The notes beneath the pieces were generated by a model. That model was not told the origin of the DNA and ran no database searches. It was given only the letters and a program-made list of their open reading frames with translations. The position numbers were made by a program, and so were the translations under genes. Positions 9,197 through 17,657 of a stretch of 64,000 nt of DNA are shown here, one piece after another. Positions within the stretch are counted from its first letter, which is position 1, and every line of letters begins with the position of its first letter. The DNA is from a candidate division Kazan bacterium GW2011_GWA1_50_15 (GTDB lineage: Bacteria; Patescibacteriota; Kazan-3B-28): NCBI GenBank assembly GCA_001029795.1, contig CP011216.1:499580-563579 (forward strand). Direction: 5' to 3'.

Positions 9197-9481
9197 TTAT
9201 CCCTCATTGACTAGTACCTCCCCGGTAAGTTGACAGCGTACGAATGCTTGCGCAAACTCCTTGAGCGTTATCTTCTCGGCCTTCAGACCTTCGTAATGAG
9301 GGTCGGTCGGCTGGATATAGACAACTGTTTTCAGAGAAAAGCTCTGCAATCGTTCCGACGATGCTGACTCCGGACCAGACATCGATTCAATCGTGTAGTC
9401 CGGGTTAATCCGCACCTCCACCAACTGACGGGAATTGTTCCCGTTGAGAGGGAACACCAACCGCAGAATATCAGTAACCAC
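9197..9481 (-). CDS. Hypothetical protein (94 aa)
   Basis: GGAGGTG SD 6 nt upstream of a GTG start. No family recognised. Confidence 0.5.
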   Translation of the reverse strand: MVTDILRLVFPLNGNNSRQLVEVRINPDYTIESMSGPESASSERLQSFSLKTVVYIQPTDPHYEGLKAEKITLKEFAQAFVRCQLTGEVLVNEG

Positions 9482-9634
9482 CTTGCATCACCTCCTTTTG
9501 GCTGAAGATGGTACAACAAAACCCCACTTCAAGGTGCCACGTACAATTAAAAGCGGTATTACTCTTTGTTTGGCTATTACCCTAAAACTTGGGTACCCGC
9601 AATATACCCCGGAACCTGCCTATTGTAAATAGAC

Positions 9635-10639
9635 TCACACGGGCCCGTGGGCCTTGCGGATAGCACGTTCCAGCTCGGCGGCCGTTTTGGGGTTATCCTT
9701 CAGATACTGCTTGGCCGCATCCCGGCCCTGGGCGATCTTCCCGCCGCCGTATTCGTACCAAGCACCTGATTTGCTTATCAGACCAGCTTGAACCGCTAAA
9801 TCAATAATTTCGCCAGTATGAGCGATGCCTTGGTTGAACATAATATCGAACTCGGCTTGGCGGAACGGGGGAGCGACTTTGTTCTTGACCACCTTAACCC
9901 GCACCCGATTGCCGATGGAGTTGTCGCCCTCCTTCAGGGTCTCGATCCGGCGGATGTCTAAGCGGACTGACGAATAAAACTTTAAGGCGTTGCCGCCGGT
10001 GGTGGTTTCGGGGTTGCCGAACATTACCCCGATCTTCATCCGGATCTGATTAATAAAGATGACTGTGGTCTTGGAGCGCGACACCGCCGCGGTGATCTTG
10101 CGTAGGGCTTGGCTCATCAGCCGCGCCTGCAGACCCATATGCGAATCACCCATATCGCCTTCGATCTCGGCTTTGGGGGTTAAGGCCGCTACCGAGTCGA
10201 TGACAATAATGCCCACCGCGTTCGAACGAATGAGTGCCTCGACGATATCTAACGCTTGTTCGCCAGTGTCGGGTTGGGATATTAGTAGATCCTTAGTGTT
10301 TACCCCGATACGCTTGGCATATTCCGGATCGAGCGCGTGCTCAGCATCCACAAATGCAGCTGTTTCACCTTTTTTCTGAGCCTGCGCTACCATGTGTAGA
10401 GCTAGAGTGGTTTTGCCCGATGATTCCGGACCAAAGATCTCAATGACCCGGCCTTTTGGCACCCCACCCACACCTAGCGCGATATCCAAAGTCAGCGAGC
10501 CGGTCGGGACGACCTCGACATCCAGCTGCTTGGTATCACCTAGCCGCATAATCGCCCCCTCGCCATAGTCCTTTTGGATGGCAGAGAGCGTAGCGGCTAA
10601 CGAGTCGATCGGGATCTCAGTTTTTGGCATAACATTCAT
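9635..10639 (-). CDS. recA: Recombinase RecA
   Basis: Walker [10 protein letters not shown] and full RecA core including the L2 loop region. Start may be ATG 10627 (MPKTE...). Confidence 0.97.
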   Translation of the reverse strand: MNVMPKTEIPIDSLAATLSAIQKDYGEGAIMRLGDTKQLDVEVVPTGSLTLDIALGVGGVPKGRVIEIFGPESSGKTTLALHMVAQAQKKGETAAFVDAEHALDPEYAKRIGVNTKDLLISQPDTGEQALDIVEALIRSNAVGIIVIDSVAALTPKAEIEGDMGDSHMGLQARLMSQALRKITAAVSRSKTTVIFINQIRMKIGVMFGNPETTTGGNALKFYSSVRLDIRRIETLKEGDNSIGNRVRVKVVKNKVAPPFRQAEFDIMFNQGIAHTGEIIDLAVQAGLISKSGAWYEYGGGKIAQGRDAAKQYLKDNPKTAAELERAIRKAHGPV

Positions 10640-10717
10640 AATTTAACAGGTATCGCTAGTTCTGTCTTGCATCGCCTGAGGTGGAGTGGAGAGTAGGTGG
10701 CCGCGAATCTTCATAGG

Positions 10718-10930
10718 GAGGGAGAGCAACGAACCTGGCCTGCTCTGTTCTTATGGTGGAGAGAGGAGCAGGGCCACTAGCCCTTCCTGTCTTTCAGGGG
10801 TGGAGGTGGGAGTAGGGCAGGTTGGCTGAACGCAGTGAAGCTTGGGTTCCCCCAACTGTCCGTTGAGGGAGGAACACACCCCCATTCCTCACTCAAGATT
10901 CGACACACCTCGTGTTCCCCTCATGGTTAG
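10718..10930. repeat. Copy A of a diverged repeated intergenic element (homologous to 45640-45805), between yajQ and recA
   Basis: Shared segments ggtggagag(a/g)ggagcag(g/a)gccactagcccttc and gagg(g)a(g)aacacacc...cccctcat abutting the upstream gene's stop. The terminator hairpin that is intact in copy B is degenerate here. Confidence 0.55.
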
Positions 10931-11425
10931 TTAGCGGTAGTTCTCGGCCTGGACCGGGAAATCGACTGTCGGGGAGGACTGGACCAACTGCATCACTGCT
11001 TGGAGTTCATCGATGCTCTTACTGACTACTCGTATCGTTTCGCCCTGGATTTGGGTTTTGACTTTAGGGAAGACGTCACGAATAAGTTTATTTACCACCT
11101 TGGCTTTATCGGCCGAGATGCCGGCGATCAGGGGAATGGTAGACCGGATCTGCCCACCGCTAGCCGGCTCATTCTTAGCTTCGCCCAAGATCTTCAGATT
11201 GAGGTTCCGCCGTAAGAGTTTAGTCTCTAAAATATCCCGCACCGCTTTCAGTTTGAATTCGTCAGCAGTAGTAATAACTAGTTGAGTCGGCTCTTGTTTG
11301 ATCTCGGTGGGAACGCCGCGAAAATCATACCGAACCGCCAGTTCTTTGCGAGTTTGGTCGAGCGCGTTAGTAAGCTCCTGCATATCGATCTTGGATACTA
11401 GATCAAAAGAATGCTCGTCTGCCAT
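10931..11425 (-). CDS. yajQ: YajQ family (UPF0234) nucleotide/c-di-GMP-binding protein
   Basis: MADEHSFDLVSKIDMQELTNALDQTRKELAVRYDFRG matches the YajQ N-terminal consensus. Confidence 0.85.
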   Translation of the reverse strand: MADEHSFDLVSKIDMQELTNALDQTRKELAVRYDFRGVPTEIKQEPTQLVITTADEFKLKAVRDILETKLLRRNLNLKILGEAKNEPASGGQIRSTIPLIAGISADKAKVVNKLIRDVFPKVKTQIQGETIRVVSKSIDELQAVMQLVQSSPTVDFPVQAENYR

Positions 11426-11461
11426 TAGACAATATCAAATAAAAAATATAAAATCAGCAAA

Positions 11462-11821
11462 TTATTTGACCGCTTGCCGCTGTGAATTGATTTTAATCTG
11501 TGCCAAAATTCGTGCGATTTCGTCACCCTCGCTCACGATCGCTTGCCACCGATCCAATGCAATATAGTTGGAATCTTTTAAAAGCGTTAGCCAGTAAATT
11601 GTCTCCCGGGCCTCCTTCAGGGAAATTGTAATTTTATTAATAAAATCTTTTCGGCTAATCCCGGCATCCGCTTCCTGTAGGTTAGCAGAGACGGAAGTCC
11701 CTGACCTAATCATTTGAGAAACTAGCGAACGATTTATTGTGTCAACCCGAATTGATTTGGCAAGCTCTACAACCGACAATGTAAATTTGTAGCTCCTCAA
11801 ATGAATTGGATGCCGAGACAT
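11462..11821 (-). CDS. Four-helix-bundle protein (23S rRNA intervening-sequence protein / Avd-like family)
   Basis: Family-typical sequence (HPIHLRSYKF...IYWLTLLKD). Local GC is about 40% against about 56% background. AT-rich flanks. Confidence 0.75.
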   Translation of the reverse strand: MSRHPIHLRSYKFTLSVVELAKSIRVDTINRSLVSQMIRSGTSVSANLQEADAGISRKDFINKITISLKEARETIYWLTLLKDSNYIALDRWQAIVSEGDEIARILAQIKINSQRQAVK

Positions 11822-11868
11822 TTGCAGATTTTTTATTTGCCTATTTTGCATTGATTATTGAGCTACGC

Positions 11869-14094
11869 TCAATAATCTTCGCCTTCTTTGAATTCTTCTT
11901 TGGTGCCCTCATCAACATCCACACCGCCGCCGGCGATGGCACCAACTAGATCCTCTTTTTTCATTAACACATCGCGGGGCTTGGCACCTTCACCTGGTCC
12001 GATCACCCCGCGCTCTTCTAAAATATCCAGCAGTCGCGCGGCGCGGGCGTAGCCGATCCGGAATCGCCGTTGTAGGTAAGAGGCTGAAGCCTTGCCGGTT
12101 TTAACCACTAGTTCCATTGCTTCCTCGGCCAGATCATCGTCGCCCCCTTCTTCACCGCCGAACATCCCACCACCCCGCTTGGCATCCTTGATCACTTCTT
12201 CTACATACTGTGGCGCGTCGAGTTCTTTGAGAGCATTGGTAACCGACTTAACTTCCTTGTCGCCCACAAAGGAAGCCTGGATACGTTTGGGTTTGGCGGC
12301 GTCAGATGGCATAAACAACATATCTCCGTTACCAAGCAGTTTATCGGCTCCAACTGTATCTAAAATCGTCCGCGAATCCGTGCCGGAGGTAACGGCAAAC
12401 GCGATTCGGGAGGGGAAGTTAGCTTTGATCAAACCGGTGATAACATCTACGCTCGGCCGTTGGGTGGCCAGCACCAAATGGATACCGACCGCCCGAGACA
12501 TCTGCGCCAAACGGCAGATGTAGGCCTCCACCTCACGGGCCGACACCGCCATCAAGTCGGCCAACTCGTCGATAATCAGCGCGATATAAGGCATCGGGCT
12601 GTCTTTTTCCTGGCGATTGTACTGACTGATCTCGCGCACCTTGGCTTCGGCCATAACTTTGTACCGCCGCTCCATCTCCATCACTAACCACTTTAAGGCG
12701 TTGATGGTTTTATGCGGATCAACGATGACGGGCGAAAGCAAATGGGGGATATCGTTGTAAGCGGTGAACTCGACCCGCTTGGGGTCAACTAGAATGAGAC
12801 GCAGGTCAGCCGGGGAGTTCTGGTATAAAAGGGATACCAAAAGATCGTTTAGAAAAACGCTCTTACCCGCGCCCGTCGCCCCAGCGATTAAGAGGTGCGG
12901 CATCCGAAGTAGGTCGGTCGCTACCGGCACACCAGCTACGTCCCGGCCTAGCGGGATGCGCAGAGGCGATTTAACTACATGGAACTCCTCCGACTCCATC
13001 ACCTCGCGCAAACGAACCAGCGCGGTCTTTTTATTGGGCACCTCGATCCCGACTAGCGACCGGCCGGGGATGGGCGCCTCGATCCGGATGGGATGGGCGG
13101 CTAGAGCTAAGGCCAGGTCATTACTTAAGGCCGAGATGCGTGAAAGCTTTACCCCGGCGGCCGGCTTTAAAGTGTACTGGGTAACGGTCGGACCGACGTT
13201 CACCTCATTCATCTCGACAGCGATACCGAAATCGTCCAACGTCTCCTGGATGATACCCACATTCCCCGAGATGTTCCCGCTATCAACTTTGGTCACCACA
13301 TCACTCAACAGTTCCAGCGAAGGTGGGGTCCAGTCGCCAGTTGGTTTGAACTGCGGAACGAAGTCGGTGTCTTTTTTGACCGGAGCCCGGCGAACCAACG
13401 GACCGCGAGGCTTAGCCCCAGCCTCTTCAGCCTCGTCGCCCTCCTCTTCGCCCGCTTCCTGTCCATTAGCAAAATCGTTGTTGATGCGGATGTCCGGCAG
13501 AGTTGGCAAGGCCGGGAGAGATAGTTTGGTCCGCAAATACAATTCGCGCAGGGGCTGGCCGAAGGCGAACAAGAGCGAGACCGCAAAGGCGACTGAGAGA
13601 ATCAGGAAGGCCGCCCAGAAGTCGACTATATTAATCAGAAATCGGCTGACAAAAAATCCCAGGTATCCGCCGCCGTCGCCCAGCTGAGCCAGTTCCAGAC
13701 TGATATCCGAGCCGGTAAACACATGCATTAATCCGGACAGTGAAACAACAAATAGGGCCAGGCCGATGGCGTTGGCTAATTTAAATTTGTAGCGCACGGG
13801 GAAAAACATCGCCACGCCTGCACCGGCCAAGAGCAGGGGAATAAAGAAACTGACCCAGCCGAAACCCAGCCGCAAGGTGGTATAGAATATGCGGCCCATA
13901 TCTCCAGCCCCACCCAGAATCGCTAGCAGAGTGAACAGCCCGACTCCCACTAGGAGGATGGCGGCCATTTCGCGGACTACGGCCGGATCGAGCTCTAGAT
14001 CAAAATTCAACCCCTCCGCCCATTTGGAGGTCTGGTAAGAGCGGTAGCGATACCGCCGGCCATTGCTAGTTTTCCTTCTTCTGCGCCGTGCCAT
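11869..14094 (-). CDS. ftsK: DNA translocase FtsK/SpoIIIE
   Basis: N-terminal TM helices, Walker A GATGAGKS, FtsK gamma winged-helix C-terminus. ATG 14094 (MARRRRRK) is preferred over TTG 14112. Confidence 0.93.
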   Translation of the reverse strand: MARRRRRKTSNGRRYRYRSYQTSKWAEGLNFDLELDPAVVREMAAILLVGVGLFTLLAILGGAGDMGRIFYTTLRLGFGWVSFFIPLLLAGAGVAMFFPVRYKFKLANAIGLALFVVSLSGLMHVFTGSDISLELAQLGDGGGYLGFFVSRFLINIVDFWAAFLILSVAFAVSLLFAFGQPLRELYLRTKLSLPALPTLPDIRINNDFANGQEAGEEEGDEAEEAGAKPRGPLVRRAPVKKDTDFVPQFKPTGDWTPPSLELLSDVVTKVDSGNISGNVGIIQETLDDFGIAVEMNEVNVGPTVTQYTLKPAAGVKLSRISALSNDLALALAAHPIRIEAPIPGRSLVGIEVPNKKTALVRLREVMESEEFHVVKSPLRIPLGRDVAGVPVATDLLRMPHLLIAGATGAGKSVFLNDLLVSLLYQNSPADLRLILVDPKRVEFTAYNDIPHLLSPVIVDPHKTINALKWLVMEMERRYKVMAEAKVREISQYNRQEKDSPMPYIALIIDELADLMAVSAREVEAYICRLAQMSRAVGIHLVLATQRPSVDVITGLIKANFPSRIAFAVTSGTDSRTILDTVGADKLLGNGDMLFMPSDAAKPKRIQASFVGDKEVKSVTNALKELDAPQYVEEVIKDAKRGGGMFGGEEGGDDDLAEEAMELVVKTGKASASYLQRRFRIGYARAARLLDILEERGVIGPGEGAKPRDVLMKKEDLVGAIAGGGVDVDEGTKEEFKEGEDY

Positions 14095-14176
14095 AATAGG
14101 TGTACAGAGCAATTATATCATAGGTGATTTATACCTATTGAGGGACGGAAAACATGCTCTGGAAGCCACAAATCCC

Positions 14177-14205
14177 TTGACTTCCTGACCCTGTTGTGCT
14201 AGATT
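14177..14205 (+). promoter_or_regulatory. Putative sigma70 promoter TTGACT-17-TAGATT, with an about 130-nt 5' UTR, for the secreted-protein operon
   Basis: Hexamers with 17-nt spacer. Downstream UTR contains the gggcc/ggccc hairpin and AAGGAGG SD at 14324-14330. Confidence 0.45.
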
Positions 14206-14339
14206 GGAGGTGCTTTGGGGGGACCTTGAAATATAGGACTCTCCAAACTTACTGTGGATCTTAACCCAAGCAGTGACGCCGCTTGGGGGATGGTCAGATA
14301 CCGGGGCCCCACAAGGCCCTAGCCAAAGGAGGATTTGCA

Positions 14340-15455
14340 ATGCGTCAAAAAAGTCCGCTATACGGCTGGGGCCTGGCCCTGGTCGCATTTGCTGTATTTG
14401 CGCTGTTCGCTCTGTTCACGGGGGAAGCGTACGGCGCTACTGTCCGCGAGGTTTCGGCCTCGGTATCCACGTCGGGTGTCCAAGCATTATGGACTACCGA
14501 CGAGAACTACGATGCCCCTGAAGGGGCAGTCGTAGTTAAGATTACCGGTTCAGTCGAGCCGCACTCGAGCTGGCCAGAAGGAACTTCTAGTGCCGGCACC
14601 GTTCAAGACGGCGGCGTTGTTTTTCCGGAGTGGAAACTCCAGGGGGCGACAACCATCACTGTCCAAGGAGGTTGGCTCCAACGATTCAAGACATACCGGA
14701 AGAAAGAATTCCAGTGGTATGACTTGAAAGGGGTAATCGCCCTGGTAGATTTCGCTACTGACGGCCTGCCAGGGAGCAAGCACCATACCTCCTCGGAAGA
14801 TAAACAAACTTCCTTGGAGTTAATGGGCCGAGAACGCGGGATTGTTGTCCTCACTCAAGACCATTGGGTACTCCCTTTCAATGTGGATGCCTACGGGCCT
14901 CCACTGCAGGAGGGGACCTTCTACCTAGTGGTCGCGCCGGCTACTCCCGAGGAGCCAACGCCCCCTTTCGAGGGAGATGGCCTTGGTACCCCACCCCTTG
15001 TTGGATGGACACCTCCAGACCCATTCGGGGACGGGCGGCCCGTCGTGGCCGCCTACCTGACCGGGAGAATTCAGGGTGGTAAGTTGTTTAGCGCCGACCA
15101 AGAAGTCTACCTTAAGCCGCTGAGGCAAGAGATAAGTTCGTTCTGGGTCAGCGAGGGGATCTGCAACCGGTCAGTAAATGGTGACTGGGACGTAAACCCC
15201 GCCTCGATGACGACGAATAAGGCACTGCGAATAACTGCTGGACGGTATCAACTCGGGTACCAACCTCTGTCTGGCGAGGAATCTTTGCCGATAGCTATCG
15301 GCATTGGTATCTCAACTCGTCATGCATTAGTTGTGGACCCGGGCGATCAAGCCCCTCTGATTTATTTGAATCAGGAGGCCGACGATGCAGACATAACTGA
15401 GTGGTTCGTCGTCACTTGGCGCAACGGTCACTGGACATGGCGGGAGGTGCGATGA
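14340..15455 (+). CDS. Secreted/exported hypothetical protein (371 aa) with N-terminal signal peptide
   Basis: AAGGAGG SD 7 nt upstream of the ATG. Signal peptide ...FTGEAYG|A. No family recognised. Confidence 0.7.
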   Translation: MRQKSPLYGWGLALVAFAVFALFALFTGEAYGATVREVSASVSTSGVQALWTTDENYDAPEGAVVVKITGSVEPHSSWPEGTSSAGTVQDGGVVFPEWKLQGATTITVQGGWLQRFKTYRKKEFQWYDLKGVIALVDFATDGLPGSKHHTSSEDKQTSLELMGRERGIVVLTQDHWVLPFNVDAYGPPLQEGTFYLVVAPATPEEPTPPFEGDGLGTPPLVGWTPPDPFGDGRPVVAAYLTGRIQGGKLFSADQEVYLKPLRQEISSFWVSEGICNRSVNGDWDVNPASMTTNKALRITAGRYQLGYQPLSGEESLPIAIGIGISTRHALVVDPGDQAPLIYLNQEADDADITEWFVVTWRNGHWTWREVR

Positions 15456-16270
15456 TGGCCGATGTTGACAACACAACACCAGCAGGATTAACACCGGCCA
15501 CCGACATGCCAGCGGCGGAAGAGGCTCGCACCACAGTGCCTGAGCTAGCAACCGATGTCGATAACGAACAGCGCCCGGCGGGCGATGAAATCGTCAGGAG
15601 ACTGCAACTGCATCTGCGACGGCGCGGTCCACGGGTACTGATGTTCATCGGATCGGTTCTATTCTGGCTCGTCGTGACTAGCGCACTACCCCTTTGGGGA
15701 TGGATTCCCGTCTGGTTGTGGTGCATAGCTTCTGCTGCCATAATGAGCATCGGATTTTTCGCTCTGGTCTATGACTACCCGCGTGTCTCTTGGATTATTG
15801 TCAGCCGTATCACTTTGGGGATACTGGCACTCGGTTTGATCAATCTTGCGATCGGACAGATACACACCCGAGAGGTCACCGCCAGCGGTGTATATGTAGC
15901 CCAAGACGGTCGGCTCCAGGTAGTCGTGCCCTCTGGGCAGGTGGTCACGGTACCGCTTTCGCGCGTTTACGCGAGAGCGGATGCCCAGCCACTGGGCTAC
16001 CCGCTCGAACAGAATCCAGCGGAAATCAGAACCCGCTGGGACGGTATCCAAAGGAAAGTGGCTGTGGTGATCTTTTACCACGCTACCGAAGAAAAGGCAG
16101 ACGTCCGGGCCCAGTGGGCCCGGCCGTGGGTCAGAGAGAAACCCATCTCCGATCTGTTCCATGACGACTTGGAGCAAATCGTCGCGAGCTACCGCGACGA
16201 TGCCGACGCCTTCGTGGTCCGAGTTAAAGAGGAGTTGGGAGTAACGGTTCACCCCCCAGCCGACAAGTAA
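15451..16270 (+). CDS. Hypothetical membrane protein (about 273 aa; acidic cytoplasmic N-tail, 3 TM helices, extracytoplasmic C-domain)
   Basis: ATGA overlap with the upstream stop indicates translational coupling. Start taken at MMADVDN. Confidence 0.65.
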
Positions 16271-16294
16271 AGCACTTGCACCTTGTAGTAGTCT

Positions 16295-16336
16295 CAACCG
16301 GCCTTGTGGTCCTATCCCACAAGCGCCGGTTTTTTA
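16295..16336 (+). terminator. Rho-independent terminator
   Basis: ccggccttgtgg/ccacaagcgccgg stem followed by TTTTTTATT. Confidence 0.75.
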
Positions 16337-16368
16337 TTACTCCTAAAATTGAGAAGTTGGCTCTGATA

Positions 16369-16397
16369 TTGACTAATTTATCTATTTGTGGTATAAT
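16369..16397 (+). promoter_or_regulatory. Strong sigma70 promoter TTGACT-17-TGgTATAAT. The -10 ends 6 nt before ATG 16404, implying a leaderless mRNA
   Basis: Consensus -35, extended -10 and 17-nt spacer. ATG at 16404. Confidence 0.7.
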
Positions 16398-16403
16398 AAA
16401 CTG

Positions 16404-17657
16404 ATGCGTAATTCGTTTGAAAGACCACCAGGAGAGCAGCCAAATGACCCCTCGGGCAAGGAGGGCGAGTCTTCACCTCGTCTGAACTGGGGCAGTAATA
16501 GCGAAGATACCGCCAAGCATCTGGCTAAAAGCGTGGCTGGGTGGGCCCAACGTCAATTAGAAAATCTTCGGGCTGAGGAGCAGCGCCACGAGCAGGAACA
16601 CCAAAATCGATCTGAAGTTAAGAAGCAGGTTCGCGAGACCGAACAAGCCGGACAAGAGAGGCAGTCCAAGATCCGAACAGCCAAGCAGGAGTACCAGAAA
16701 CGGCTCAAAGAGGAGTCGGCCAAATTCCATGAGACCCCCCAGGAGTACCGGGCACAAGAACAAGAGATCAAGGGCATGTCTCAAGCAGAGCTTGATGCCC
16801 ACACTGAAAAATACAATCGGAATCGGGAGGCCTTAAATGACATCTATGACCAATACTACCGCCCCAAAGAGGTTAAGAATGCCGATAAATCAAAACAGCT
16901 GGTAACTGACATCATCCCTAAATACCAGCGGATCCTTGACAAGGCTTTTGCGGGGGACTTCCATCGGGTGATGAACGATGAAAACTATGCCAAAGAGCTC
17001 GCCCAACGCTTGCAGGTGCGGGAGTTTCTATATGCCGAGCAGGTGGGGAAGGTCCGTGAAGCGGAGTTGGGCAAGTCCCAGGTGAAAGTAGTCATTCAAG
17101 AAGGAGAGAAGCCCGACTGGAAGCTCGAGACCGAGGAGGCTAAGATCAAACATTTCCAAAAGCGCCGCGAGGAGACGATTAAGGCTTTAGCCAGTGCTCC
17201 AAAAGGAGAGTTCGCCAACCGGCTCAACGAGACTATGGCCGACTTGAACCGATTATTCGATGACAAAGGAGAACCAAAGGTGATCGACAGCCCAGATAAG
17301 CTGCAAGACCTGGCCCGTAAAGTCAACGAATTGATTGGGATTAACAATCTACTGGAGGAGCATCTGAATGCATCTCTAGAGCAAACCATAGGGGCTATTC
17401 AGAAAATAGGCGGCGAGTGGGCCGGGCCAGAAAACAGAGGGGTATTACGAGATCTGCTGACTGAATTTGTTGAAGACAAGACATCAGCCGAGCGTCTGAT
17501 CGGGACAATTGCCACTTTGGGCGGATTAACAGACGAAGTGTCACAGAATCGCCTAAAAAGTGTTTTATCGGCACACCTAATGACAGTCGCCGATCTGACG
17601 AATGAACTAAGAAAACGACCAGGGACCGGGCCGGCGGCCAATCAGGCAGCGGCTTAA
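16404..17657 (+). CDS. Highly charged (E/K/Q/R-rich) predicted coiled-coil protein, no TM, unknown function
   Basis: 417 aa from ATG 16404. The ORF track's ATG 16386 lies inside the promoter. Stop overlaps the rnj stop (TTAA). Confidence 0.7.
   Translation: MRNSFERPPGEQPNDPSGKEGESSPRLNWGSNSEDTAKHLAKSVAGWAQRQLENLRAEEQRHEQEHQNRSEVKKQVRETEQAGQERQSKIRTAKQEYQKRLKEESAKFHETPQEYRAQEQEIKGMSQAELDAHTEKYNRNREALNDIYDQYYRPKEVKNADKSKQLVTDIIPKYQRILDKAFAGDFHRVMNDENYAKELAQRLQVREFLYAEQVGKVREAELGKSQVKVVIQEGEKPDWKLETEEAKIKHFQKRREETIKALASAPKGEFANRLNETMADLNRLFDDKGEPKVIDSPDKLQDLARKVNELIGINNLLEEHLNASLEQTIGAIQKIGGEWAGPENRGVLRDLLTEFVEDKTSAERLIGTIATLGGLTDEVSQNRLKSVLSAHLMTVADLTNELRKRPGTGPAANQAAA

Noticed and set aside
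10880-10930. tRNA-like T-arm (gtgtcgaatct) in repeat copy A
   Set aside because: No acceptor, D or anticodon arms can be built around it. It is part of the palindromic terminal module of the repeat.
11462-11851. Four-helix-bundle (Avd-like) gene as part of a diversity-generating retroelement
   Set aside because: No reverse transcriptase gene and no near-identical template/variable repeat pair within several kb. Treated as a stand-alone gene.
12764-13687. 307-aa plus-strand ORF (and several shorter ones) inside the ftsK region
   Set aside because: It lies entirely antisense to a well-conserved FtsK coding sequence. The product is low-complexity and Ser/Arg/Pro-rich, typical of antisense translation of GC-rich coding DNA.
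14113-14388. 91-aa minus-strand ORF spanning the ftsK/secreted-protein divergent promoter region
   Set aside because: It overlaps the predicted promoter, leader and start of the plus-strand gene. No RBS. Composition is consistent with a spurious ORF.
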